From: Methanobacteriota archaeon
GTDB taxonomy: Archaea > Thermoplasmatota > Poseidoniia > Poseidoniales > Thalassarchaeaceae
Direction: 5' to 3'
Length of the DNA stretch: 51,049 nt
Assembly: GCA_002731195.1 (NCBI GenBank)
Contig: PCAI01000015.1
Location: forward strand, 7,114 to 58,162
A model generated the notes under the pieces. The model did no database searches. It was not told where the DNA came from and saw nothing but the letters and a program-made list of their open reading frames with translations. A program made the position numbers and the translations under genes. Below, one piece after another: positions 8,453 through 17,507 of the stretch. The stretch's first letter is position 1. The number at the start of each line of letters is the position of its first letter.

Positions 8453-10222
8453 TTATTCGATATAGAAGTATTCTCCCTCTATTTTTTGTTCCCTATCTTT
8501 CCTGCTGCCAGGTTTATTTATTCTAGGCCTATGGGAATCATGGTCTCTTCTGAATGTTACATCTACATCGGAAAGAAATTTATTCATTCCCTTTCTCAAA
8601 TCTAAAGGACCAACGGCATTCCCCTTTTTTCCTCCTTCTCCATCAAAAACCAATAAAGAATCACTTACAATATCGATGAAATAAATATCATGATCAATAA
8701 CTAGTGCTGCTTTTTCATTACTTTCCATGGTCCTTCTTATTGCCTTAGCTGTTTCCATTCTTGCATTAGCATCTAGGTGTGCACTAGGCTCATCTAATAG
8801 ATATAAGTCAGCTTCTTTACCTAAACATATGGCTATGCTTACTGCTTGTAATTCTCCCCCTGAAAGCTTCCTTGCCTGTAATTCTAACAATTGATCAACC
8901 TGTAAAGGCCTAATTACTTGGGTATGGAATTCTCCACTTCGCCATTTCATTCCCAGTTCTACATCAAGCCAATTCTGAACACTTCCATCAAAATCAGTAT
9001 TTACGTGTTGTTGTTTATAGGATATTTTTGCATCCATTGTACACCAACCTGAATCTGGCTCAAATTCTCCAGCAATCATTTTCACCATAGTAGTTTTTCC
9101 AGTAGCATTTGGGCCAACTACTCCTACTACTTCTGCACTTCTAACTTGCCCTTCTCCTGTTTTTAGGTGGAAATTACCAACCTTTTTTTCCATGTCGCCC
9201 CATGATAAGATTGGTGAACCAACTTCTTCTCCACGCACTCTTCCTCTAAGGAATTGTATTGGTTTATCACGTATTCTGACGTTTTCTTCAGGCAAATAAC
9301 CATCAAGATATGCATTAATTGCTGTTCTTGTGTTTCTAGGTTGAGTGAAAATACCATACGCTGCCCGTTCCCCATAAACAATTTGTAATAAATCACACAT
9401 AACATCAAGTATTGCCAAATCATGTTCAACAACTAATATTCTTTTCCCTCTTTCAACTAATCCTTGAATAATCCTTACAATCCTCATTCTTTCATAAATA
9501 TCAAGATAAGATGAAGGCTCATCAAAGAAATAAACATCAGCTTCTTTGAGAAGTGTTGCAGCCATAGCAACACGTTGCAGTTCTCCTCCTGATAATTTAT
9601 CCAGGGTTCGTTCTAATATCTCTTCAATAGCAAGGATTTTTGCATAATGTTCGACCTCTCCTCTATCATCTACCCGTTCAAGTAGTTCTCTTACTTTTCC
9701 TTCAAAAATCCTAGGAAGCTTGTCGATATATTGTGGTTTAACGGCAATTCTCACACCTTCTTCTGCCACTGTAGTTAGATAATCTCGCAACTCCCCTCGG
9801 GGGAATGAATCAATTATCTCTCCCCACTCTTTTGTTTCAGTAGCCCATTCTCCAAGATTAGGCCTTAGTGAACCAGAGAGAATGTTTATCGCAGTGGATT
9901 TTCCCATGCCATTGGGACCTAAGATGCCAATAACTTGTTCTTCTCTTGGTGCCGGCAATCGAAAAAGTCCAAATCCATTTTCATCGTAACGATGGGTTAA
10001 ATCAGAATCAAGTTCTTTTGGTAGATTTATTATTTTTACAGCATCCCCTGGGCATAATTTAGCACGAGTAAAGCAAACCGGACAGGCACTTTCTAGGATT
10101 CTAAATCTATTATCTTCAAATTGAATACATTCTGCGCCACACGATCCAGCATATTTTAGTAAATAATTGAATGCTGGACTATTGGGCTTACAACGTTCCT
10201 CCAATAGTACGGCCACTCTCAT
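8453..10222 (-). CDS. abcE1: ABCE1 / RNase L inhibitor homologue (ribosome recycling ATPase) with cysteine-depleted Fe-S domain
   Basis: MRVAV... N-terminus with a ferredoxin-like Cys region ending INLP. Twin ABC cassettes (GPNGMGKST and GPNATGKTT Walker A; LSGGELQR and LSGGELQA signatures). GGAGG lies 7 nt before the ATG at 10220-10222; the ORF extends to TTG at 10249. Confidence 0.9.
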   Translation of the reverse strand: MRVAVLLEERCKPNSPAFNYLLKYAGSCGAECIQFEDNRFRILESACPVCFTRAKLCPGDAVKIINLPKELDSDLTHRYDENGFGLFRLPAPREEQVIGILGPNGMGKSTAINILSGSLRPNLGEWATETKEWGEIIDSFPRGELRDYLTTVAEEGVRIAVKPQYIDKLPRIFEGKVRELLERVDDRGEVEHYAKILAIEEILERTLDKLSGGELQRVAMAATLLKEADVYFFDEPSSYLDIYERMRIVRIIQGLVERGKRILVVEHDLAILDVMCDLLQIVYGERAAYGIFTQPRNTRTAINAYLDGYLPEENVRIRDKPIQFLRGRVRGEEVGSPILSWGDMEKKVGNFHLKTGEGQVRSAEVVGVVGPNATGKTTMVKMIAGEFEPDSGWCTMDAKISYKQQHVNTDFDGSVQNWLDVELGMKWRSGEFHTQVIRPLQVDQLLELQARKLSGGELQAVSIAICLGKEADLYLLDEPSAHLDANARMETAKAIRRTMESNEKAALVIDHDIYFIDIVSDSLLVFDGEGGKKGNAVGPLDLRKGMNKFLSDVDVTFRRDHDSHRPRINKPGSRKDREQKIEGEYFYIE

Positions 10223-10285
10223 GCCATCTTCCTCCGTATAATACGTCAAGCCCCTTGTATTTAGGATAGACTCTAATTTATTATA

Positions 10286-11584
10286 TCACACTGCTAAGAA
10301 TCTGTACCTTATGTATACATATCCTGCAAGCAAAATCTTTTCAGTTTTAGACAATTGAATCCTTTTAGAAAACACATCTCCATTATTTTTCTTAATCTTC
10401 TTAAGTATTGAACTATAAAATGCAGCCATAGCCGCAGGAGAATATCTTGATGATTTATCTAATAAAGGTAATAACTTGAATGCCTTATCTCTATATTCGT
10501 TAGCTCTTCGTATGTAATTTTCTACAAATGGCTTCCAACCTGGATGGTTGTTAATTTCATCATTATTTAGTATATCTTCTTCAGTGATTCCATATCTTGC
10601 TAAATCTTCTAAAGGCAAATATATTCTATTTCTTTCCGCATCTTCCTTAACATCTCTTAAGATATTGACAAGTTGCATAAAAATGCCCCAAGACTCAGCA
10701 TATTCCTTTGCTTTAATATTATCATAACCATAAATCTCAATACAAACTAGTCCAACAGTAGATGCGACTCTATAGCAATATGCATAGAGGTCTTCGAATG
10801 TTTCATATCTGTTACTATGAAAATCATCTTCCATTCCACTAACCATGTCATCAAGCAACTGTTTAGGGATTGCAAAATTATTGACAGTATCCTTTATTGC
10901 CATAAAAATTGGATCTGTAGAAGTAACATCTTCGTATGCTGTTGATAGCTTCTTCCTATAATAGAATAATTGAGACATCTTTTCATTATATGAGACTCTA
11001 TCTAGGACAGTATTTCTCCTACTTAAGTTGAATATATTATCTCTATATTCTATTGACTCAGGATCATCAGATGAGCCACCGGGAAAAATATCTATGAAAT
11101 CGCCATCTGCTATGTCATCTGCTCTTCTACAAAATGCATAATATGCACAAATAGCCTTTCTCTCATAATCAGGAAGATATTTGAAGGAATGATAAAAATT
11201 TCCAGCTTCTCTACGCGTCAATTCTTCACAATATTCATATGCGGTAGATATCATGTGAGTAGGAACTTGAGACTCTTCCCATATGGGGGCATCAATATAT
11301 CTGAAAGGGTTCGTCAACTCCCCTCTTGAGCCAATCACTCCCATAAAAACGGCCCCTTCTCGAAGAGTTTCAAGAGCCGTTATACTAATCGCCCGCGTAG
11401 CATCTTTAGTCATTTTTACTGCAGAACGTACAATCTCAATTCTTTTTGTCGTATTTTCACTTTCTGAATCTATCAAAGAAACACTATGATTATTTAGAGA
11501 ATTTTGTTCCATAACGAAATCCGAAACCTGCTCTTCGGCCATAGTTTTCATAACAAGCGAGGACAATGCTTTCTTGAAGTTCAC
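10286..11584 (-). CDS. Phytoene/squalene synthase family protein (CrtB/HpnD-like) with about 110-aa N-terminal extension
   Basis: YAFCRRADDIADG (first Asp-rich motif), GMEDDF (second), YCYRVASTVG, and QLVNILRDVKEDAERNRIYLP. Confidence 0.8.
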   Translation of the reverse strand: MNFKKALSSLVMKTMAEEQVSDFVMEQNSLNNHSVSLIDSESENTTKRIEIVRSAVKMTKDATRAISITALETLREGAVFMGVIGSRGELTNPFRYIDAPIWEESQVPTHMISTAYEYCEELTRREAGNFYHSFKYLPDYERKAICAYYAFCRRADDIADGDFIDIFPGGSSDDPESIEYRDNIFNLSRRNTVLDRVSYNEKMSQLFYYRKKLSTAYEDVTSTDPIFMAIKDTVNNFAIPKQLLDDMVSGMEDDFHSNRYETFEDLYAYCYRVASTVGLVCIEIYGYDNIKAKEYAESWGIFMQLVNILRDVKEDAERNRIYLPLEDLARYGITEEDILNNDEINNHPGWKPFVENYIRRANEYRDKAFKLLPLLDKSSRYSPAAMAAFYSSILKKIKKNNGDVFSKRIQLSKTEKILLAGYVYIRYRFLAV

Positions 11585-11621
11585 TATGGAGTGTGCTAAA
11601 AAATATCATTACTCCTGAAAA

Positions 11622-12638
11622 CTATATCATATTTTTCTTAATCAATCTTGAAGTTTTATTTTTTGTCATTGATGCAAATAATGATTTTCTAAATATCGAC
11701 TTAATTTCTCTTCTGGACACCTTTATTCTACTCTTATCATTCAAAACATTATTTACACTCAGCATCTGCAAAGTCCTTTGCCCTATTATTATGGGTAGAA
11801 TACAAGATAATCGAAGTCTATATTGGCCTCCTGGTAACAAATTAACCCATTCAATTGCACTATTTAGGTGATCATATGCCTTGGAGATGTATGCATCAAA
11901 AATAGGCCTAAATTTTTCCATATTGCCAGAATCTAACAGATCTTCCGGTTTTAAATCATATTCTGATAATTTATCTATCGGTATGTAACAACGCCCCATG
12001 GATATATCTTCTGGAATATCTCTTAGAATATTTATCAATTGTAATGATTTCCCAAATCTAATTCCTTTTTCAAATAAATCATCTCTCAAATCTTCACTAA
12101 CATCAAATTGGTGTTCTAATGCCATGTGAGTCCAAAGTTCACCGACAGAACCAGCAACTGAGTATGTATATTCATCCAATTCTCTTTCATTTTTCAATCC
12201 AATAATTTCTCCTTCGGTGGATGATCTAAATCTTTCTAAATCAAGAGTTTGCCCTTTAATTATGATATCTAGGCATTCTCTAATTCTTTTCTTATCGTTT
12301 TCACTAAATAAATCTGATTCTTCTAAATACTCTATTGGCATATTTGCGTTTTCCAGCAATTTTCGTTCTGCCAGATTTTCTTGAAGTATAGCCAACTCAG
12401 TTAAATCAGGCAATAATTCAGTTTTTCCTTGTACTCTGTCGTTGTATTTACTAATTAAGCCGATAAGTATTTCTTGTTTTCCAACCTTTGAGTCAGCTAT
12501 GGTATCAGAAAGTCTGGCTAGCAAATAGGTTAGCCCTATCTGTTTACGAATTTTCTTTGGAAGAAAATTCAGTGTTAAGTAAAAAGATCTTGACGTACCT
12601 TTTAGTAAGTTGTCGATATTTTTTTCGATTTTACTCAT
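11622..12638 (-). CDS. Squalene/phytoene synthase family protein, second divergent paralogue (SQS/HpnC-like)
   Basis: TSRSFYLTLNFLP...YLLARLSDTIADS resembles the SQS-type SRSF...DT(I/V)ED region. Also YTYSVAGSVG and LQLINILRDIPEDISMGRCYIP. Confidence 0.75.
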   Translation of the reverse strand: MSKIEKNIDNLLKGTSRSFYLTLNFLPKKIRKQIGLTYLLARLSDTIADSKVGKQEILIGLISKYNDRVQGKTELLPDLTELAILQENLAERKLLENANMPIEYLEESDLFSENDKKRIRECLDIIIKGQTLDLERFRSSTEGEIIGLKNERELDEYTYSVAGSVGELWTHMALEHQFDVSEDLRDDLFEKGIRFGKSLQLINILRDIPEDISMGRCYIPIDKLSEYDLKPEDLLDSGNMEKFRPIFDAYISKAYDHLNSAIEWVNLLPGGQYRLRLSCILPIIIGQRTLQMLSVNNVLNDKSRIKVSRREIKSIFRKSLFASMTKNKTSRLIKKNMI

Positions 12639-12701
12639 ATCTCGACACCCCCTCTCTTTTGGCCATCACTGAGAACTATTTTATCAATTTATTAATTATA
12701 T

Positions 12702-13622
12702 TTATCTTATTCCTGCTTCCTTCAACGCTTTTATTAGTACGTTACCTATTTCCGATGGATCTCTTGCAACGTAAATACCTGCTTTTTCAAATGCGGCAAA
12801 TTTTTCCTCTGCGGTACCCTTACCTCCTGAAATTATCGCTCCAGCATGCCCCATTCTTTTGCCGGCAGGAGCAGTTGAACCAGCAACAAAGCCAACTATT
12901 GGTTTACTCATATTTTCTGACGCCCATTCAGCAGCTTCTTCTTCAGCAGTTCCACCAATTTCTCCTATCAATACTACTGCTTCTGTCTGCTCATCGTCCT
13001 CAAATGCACTTAAACAATCAATAAATCCTGTTCCATTTACTGGATCGCCTCCAATTCCAACACAAGTAGATTGACCTTCGCCAACACTCATTGTTTGTGC
13101 AACAGCCTCATATGTTAATGTACCACTTTTTGAAACAATACCAATTCTACCTTTTGCATGTATGAAACCAGGCATTATGCCAACTTTACATCCTCCATTT
13201 TCCCTTGGAGTGATTATTCCGGGGCAGTTTGGCCCTATTAATCGTACATCAGGGCATTTTTCTACATTTGCAACTGCATTTACCATATCTAGAATAGGAA
13301 TTCCTTCTGTGATGCATACTATCAGGCCCCCTCCTCCTTCTTGAAATGCATTGGCAGCTTCAATTATTGCAGAAGATGCAAAACGCGCAGGGACATAAAT
13401 GACGCTTACATTAGCTCCAGTTTTCTTTATCGCCTCTTGCATAGAATCATAAACGGGAATTTCCTTTCCTGAGAAATCTAATTTTTGACCTCCCTTGCCC
13501 GGAGTCACTCCTCCTACTACATTAGTTTCATAATCTATCATTCTGGTTCCATGGAATCTCCCTTGATTCCCTGTTATTCCCTGAATCAATACTTTACTAT
13601 TCTCATCAACCCAAATAGACAT
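12702..13622 (-). CDS. sucD: Succinyl-CoA synthetase alpha subunit
   Basis: [20 protein letters not shown], and the [15 protein letters not shown] phosphohistidine loop. Confidence 0.95.
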   Translation of the reverse strand: MSIWVDENSKVLIQGITGNQGRFHGTRMIDYETNVVGGVTPGKGGQKLDFSGKEIPVYDSMQEAIKKTGANVSVIYVPARFASSAIIEAANAFQEGGGGLIVCITEGIPILDMVNAVANVEKCPDVRLIGPNCPGIITPRENGGCKVGIMPGFIHAKGRIGIVSKSGTLTYEAVAQTMSVGEGQSTCVGIGGDPVNGTGFIDCLSAFEDDEQTEAVVLIGEIGGTAEEEAAEWASENMSKPIVGFVAGSTAPAGKRMGHAGAIISGGKGTAEEKFAAFEKAGIYVARDPSEIGNVLIKALKEAGIR

Positions 13623-14830
13623 TAACTACTCCTCCTTGTTAAATTGACTATTTTTTCCGCTCCTTCGGCAAGAGTATTTGCAGTATGGACATCTAGATCA
13701 CTATTATTCAATATCTCCATTCCTTCAATATGATTTGTACCTGAAAATCTCACTACAAGTGGGACACTTAGGGCTACTTCTTTCGACGCTTCAATTACAC
13801 TATTTGCTACCATATCACACTGAATAATTCCTCCAAAAATATTTACTAATATTCCTTCAACATTTTCATCTTCGAGTATTATCTCAAATGCCGCAGTAAT
13901 TGATTCACGAGTCGCCCCTCCTCCTATATCCAAGAAATTAGCCGGTTCGCTACCATAAAGTTTTATCACATCCATTGAGGCCATGGCAAGACCTGCTCCA
14001 TTCACCAAACATCCAATATTACCATCTAATTTGACATAAGATAAACCATATTCATTAGCTCTTATTTCAACTTCTTCTTCTTCCGTTAGATCTACCAAAT
14101 CTCCTCTCCAGGGGTGCCTAAAATCTGCACTATCATCAAAACTAACCTTTCCATCTAATGCAATTATTTCTCCTTCTTCACTCCTTACAAGTGGATTAAT
14201 TTCTATCATCGAACAGTCTTTGTCTAGGAACATAGCGTATAATGAATTTACCATCTCAAACATTTCATTTTTAGATTGCCCTTCTAGGCCTAATAGGTCA
14301 GCAAACATCTGAACATCTTCATTTGCCAAACCTTCTAACGGGTCTGCCCATATCTTGTGGATTGCTTCTGGAGTATTCTCTGCTACTTCTTCTATATCTA
14401 CTCCTCCTTCAGTTGAACCCATTATTAATACCGATTTAGTTTCACGATCAATTAGTAGGGCTAAATAATATTCATGCGATATTTTACATCCTGATTCTAT
14501 GTACAAGTTATTTACTATTTTTCCATCTTTGCCAGTTTGCTTGGTGACCAACTTATTCCCAATTATTGATGTAGCATATTCTTTCACTTCTTCTCTTGAG
14601 AATGCAATCTTAACTCCTCCTTCCATAATTAAATCATCAGTTATTGGATCATAAAGGATGCCTTTTCCTCTTCCTCCAGCATGTATCTGGCTTTTTACTG
14701 CTACAATATCAGATTCTAATTCGTCATATGCCTGTAATGCTTCTTCTACACTTATGCAATGGATTCCTTTGACTACTTTAACTCCTGAGTCACTAAAAAT
14801 AGCCTTTGCCTGATACTCGTGAATATTCAT
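13622..14830 (-). CDS. sucC: Succinyl-CoA synthetase beta subunit
   Basis: MNIHEYQAK start, ATP-grasp domain, and [15 protein letters not shown]. The stop overlaps the sucD start by 1 nt (TAATG). Confidence 0.95.
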   Translation of the reverse strand: MNIHEYQAKAIFSDSGVKVVKGIHCISVEEALQAYDELESDIVAVKSQIHAGGRGKGILYDPITDDLIMEGGVKIAFSREEVKEYATSIIGNKLVTKQTGKDGKIVNNLYIESGCKISHEYYLALLIDRETKSVLIMGSTEGGVDIEEVAENTPEAIHKIWADPLEGLANEDVQMFADLLGLEGQSKNEMFEMVNSLYAMFLDKDCSMIEINPLVRSEEGEIIALDGKVSFDDSADFRHPWRGDLVDLTEEEEVEIRANEYGLSYVKLDGNIGCLVNGAGLAMASMDVIKLYGSEPANFLDIGGGATRESITAAFEIILEDENVEGILVNIFGGIIQCDMVANSVIEASKEVALSVPLVVRFSGTNHIEGMEILNNSDLDVHTANTLAEGAEKIVNLTRRSS

Positions 14831-14919
14831 GTTCTTCCCACACCCCCATCATCTTTGAAAGATACTGTAGATAGTATTGCCAGAGACTTAACAAACGAAG
14901 AACTCAAAGAGTAAATCGT

Positions 14920-15891
14920 ATGCCACAAAACATGGAAGTCATTGTTTTAGTTGGAGGATTCGGGACTCGTTTACGTCCTTGGACTGAAGATAGGGCAAAA
15001 CCTCTCCTCCCCATTCTTGATAAAACTCTATTGGAACGTGTAATTGAAGTCGTTCCAGAAGATCTAATTTCAAGAGTTATTGTTGCTGCAGGGCATGGTG
15101 TGGAACAAATTGAGAACTTTTTCTCAAAAAAGAATACTAATTACGAAGTAGTAATTTCGGTAGAAAATGAGGCATTAGGAACAGGAGGTGCTGTTGGCCT
15201 AGCTGCTAAGAAATTAAATGGCACAGGGCCAGTGTTAATTTTGAATGGGGACTTAATTTCAAGTGTCAACGTCTCTGAATTATTAAATCATCATGAGAAA
15301 AAAGGCGCTAGAGCAACATTATCTCTTTGGGAAGTAGAAGATCCAAGCCGTTTTGGTGTCTGCGATTTGGATGAATCTGGGATGATAAGGAGATTCCAAG
15401 AAAAGCCAGATACAGGAACTGAGTTTTCAAATTTCATCAATGCAGGTTGTGTAATAGTAAGTAGAGATTTAATTAATAATTTCTCTAGTAATAAACATAG
15501 TATGGAAAGAGTCGTTTTCCCTTCTGTTGCTGAGTCAGGAGATATGGCAGGACTCGTTTTTTCAGGCTATTTTGTCGACGCAGGAACTCCTACATCTTAT
15601 ATCGAAGCTGCCCAAACATGTATTAAGAACAATAGATTTACTTCAGGAAAAAAGATAGATGATTCATGGTACGGGAAAGGAGTCCAAAATACCTCTTCAT
15701 CTGTCCGATGCTCAATAGGAGATAATGTTTCAATTGATGAGACATCTATTTTATCAGATTGTGTGGTTTTAAAAAATGCCATCATAGGTAAAGATGTTAA
15801 ATTAGAAAGATGCTTAATAGGAGAAGCTTCAATTATATCTGATAAAACAATTTTATCGGATGCTGTAATAAATCATTATTCCACTTTATGA
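14920..15891 (+). CDS. Sugar-1-phosphate nucleotidylyltransferase (NDP-sugar pyrophosphorylase) with C-terminal hexapeptide-repeat domain
   Basis: LVGGFGTRLRPWT signature and GTGGA. The C-terminal I/V-G-x repeats are typical of a left-handed beta-helix. An alternative ATG is at 14932. Confidence 0.85.
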   Translation: MPQNMEVIVLVGGFGTRLRPWTEDRAKPLLPILDKTLLERVIEVVPEDLISRVIVAAGHGVEQIENFFSKKNTNYEVVISVENEALGTGGAVGLAAKKLNGTGPVLILNGDLISSVNVSELLNHHEKKGARATLSLWEVEDPSRFGVCDLDESGMIRRFQEKPDTGTEFSNFINAGCVIVSRDLINNFSSNKHSMERVVFPSVAESGDMAGLVFSGYFVDAGTPTSYIEAAQTCIKNNRFTSGKKIDDSWYGKGVQNTSSSVRCSIGDNVSIDETSILSDCVVLKNAIIGKDVKLERCLIGEASIISDKTILSDAVINHYSTL

Positions 15892-15938
15892 TGGATTATG
15901 CCCGGTATTGTAAAATTAGTTATCCCAGTCGGAAGCAC

Positions 15939-16601
15939 ATGGGAGAAAAACTCGTAGTTGTGAATTTTAAAACTTATGAGGAAGCACATGGACTTTCTGC
16001 AGAGAACTTGGCAAGAATTATGAATGACCTAGAAACCAGTGCTCGAATTGTTGCTGTAGTATCAGCATTTGATCTTTCACCAGTAGTTAATGTAGCTCCA
16101 AATATAGAAGTCTGGACTCAACATTTAGATCCCATCCAATTTGGATCAAATACGGGTTTTTTACATCCCGATACTGCCATAGAAAGAGGTGCTACAGGTA
16201 CTTTGATAAATCACGCAGAACACAAAGTTAGCATTGAACATATTGCTATGTTATTAGATCAAGTACCAGAAAATTTCACAGTATGTGCATGCGCTGCCGA
16301 TATAGAAGAAGCAAAAGCCCTAACGGCATTGAAGCCAACGTACGTTGCAGTGGAACCTCCGGAATTGATAGGAGGGGATATTTCTGTAACAACTGCTGAT
16401 CCAAATATTGTATCTGGAACAGCGGATGCCGTCAGAGAAATCTCCGCTGATGTTGGGATATTATGTGGTGCAGGAGTAAAAAATGGTTATGATGTTTCTA
16501 TGGCATTAGATCTTGGAACTTCAGGAGTATTGCTTGCCAGTGGAGTAACTAAATCATCTAATCCTCTTGAGTCTTTGAATGATTTAATTTCTAAAATATA
16601 A
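15939..16601 (+). CDS. tpiA: Triosephosphate isomerase, archaeal short type
   Basis: VVVNFKTY (catalytic Lys), INHAEHK (His), and YVAVEPPELIG (Glu). The ORF extends to 15888; the internal ATG at 15939 gives the usual archaeal length of about 220 aa. Confidence 0.9.
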   Translation: MGEKLVVVNFKTYEEAHGLSAENLARIMNDLETSARIVAVVSAFDLSPVVNVAPNIEVWTQHLDPIQFGSNTGFLHPDTAIERGATGTLINHAEHKVSIEHIAMLLDQVPENFTVCACAADIEEAKALTALKPTYVAVEPPELIGGDISVTTADPNIVSGTADAVREISADVGILCGAGVKNGYDVSMALDLGTSGVLLASGVTKSSNPLESLNDLISKI

Positions 16602-16687
16602 TTCTTATTAAAATATTTTTTATCTAAATTTATAGCGTTTTAAACCGCAGCCCTTTTCTTTAACTCATTAATCCGTCGCTGATTATA

Positions 16688-17503
16688 ATGTCTGACGAGG
16701 GTGTATCTGAAATTCAGAAAGTGAAAAAGAAAGAGTATCAAAAAGAACTTTTTAGGTTACAATTAGAATTAATTAAATTACAAGAATGGGTCAAAGCAGA
16801 AGGCCTCAAAGTTGTTGTAATATTTGAGGGCCGTGATGCAGCAGGGAAAGGAGGAGTAATAAAGAGAATAACTCAATATCTTAATCCAAGAGTCGTTAAA
16901 GTTGCAGCATTACCTGCACCTACTGAGAGGCAGAAAACAGAATGGTATTTTCAAAGATACGTCGATCACCTTCCTGCTGCCGGGGAAATTGTTCTTTTTG
17001 ATAGAAGCTGGTACAATCGTGCAGGTGTTGAGCGCGTTATGGGTTTTTGTACGGATAAAGAATATGAAGGATTTTTACGTGCATGCCCTACATTCGAAAG
17101 GATGTTGATTCGTTCAGATACTATTCTGATAAAATACTGGTTTTCAGTATCGGATGAAGAACAATTAAAGAGATTCAAGGCCAGATTAGCTGAACCTCAT
17201 AAGAGGTGGAAGTTAAGTCCGATGGACTTAGAATCACTCACTAGATGGGAAGCCTATTCAGAAGCAAAGGACAACATGTTTGCATACACTGATACCAAAA
17301 AATCTCCTTGGTATGTAGTCAATTCAGATGTTAAAAAACATGCTCATATAAATTGTATAAGTCACTTTTTATCTCAAATACCTTATGAAGATTTGACTCC
17401 AAAGGAAATAAAACTACCTAAAAGAAAAAAATCTAGAGGGTATATCCGTCCTCCTGAAGACGAGCAAACTTTTGTTCCTGATTACCATCTTAAATTACTG
17501 TGA
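16688..17503 (+). CDS. ppk2: Polyphosphate kinase 2 family protein
   Basis: VVIFEGRDAAGKGG Walker-A-like loop, LFDRSWYNRAGVERVMGF, and SP.D...RW. Single-domain size (271 aa). Confidence 0.9.
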   Translation: MSDEGVSEIQKVKKKEYQKELFRLQLELIKLQEWVKAEGLKVVVIFEGRDAAGKGGVIKRITQYLNPRVVKVAALPAPTERQKTEWYFQRYVDHLPAAGEIVLFDRSWYNRAGVERVMGFCTDKEYEGFLRACPTFERMLIRSDTILIKYWFSVSDEEQLKRFKARLAEPHKRWKLSPMDLESLTRWEAYSEAKDNMFAYTDTKKSPWYVVNSDVKKHAHINCISHFLSQIPYEDLTPKEIKLPKRKKSRGYIRPPEDEQTFVPDYHLKLL

Positions 17504-17507
17504 TAAT

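Noticed and set aside
7979-8605. 208-aa ORF antisense to grpE that also bridges into ABCE1
   Set aside because: The Ser-rich shadow frame overlaps two well-supported minus-strand genes and the gap between them. No independent signal supports it.
12488-13024. 178-aa plus-strand ORF spanning the SQS-like/sucD junction. Similar internal or antisense ORFs occur at 173-406, 2727-3023, 3489-3800, 9163-9432, 24214-24705, 34807-35160, 40286-40729, 43194-43731, 44986-45909 and elsewhere.
   Set aside because: All lie within or antisense to genes with strong family motifs. They have low-complexity or Leu/Ser-rich translations expected from AT-rich shadow frames.
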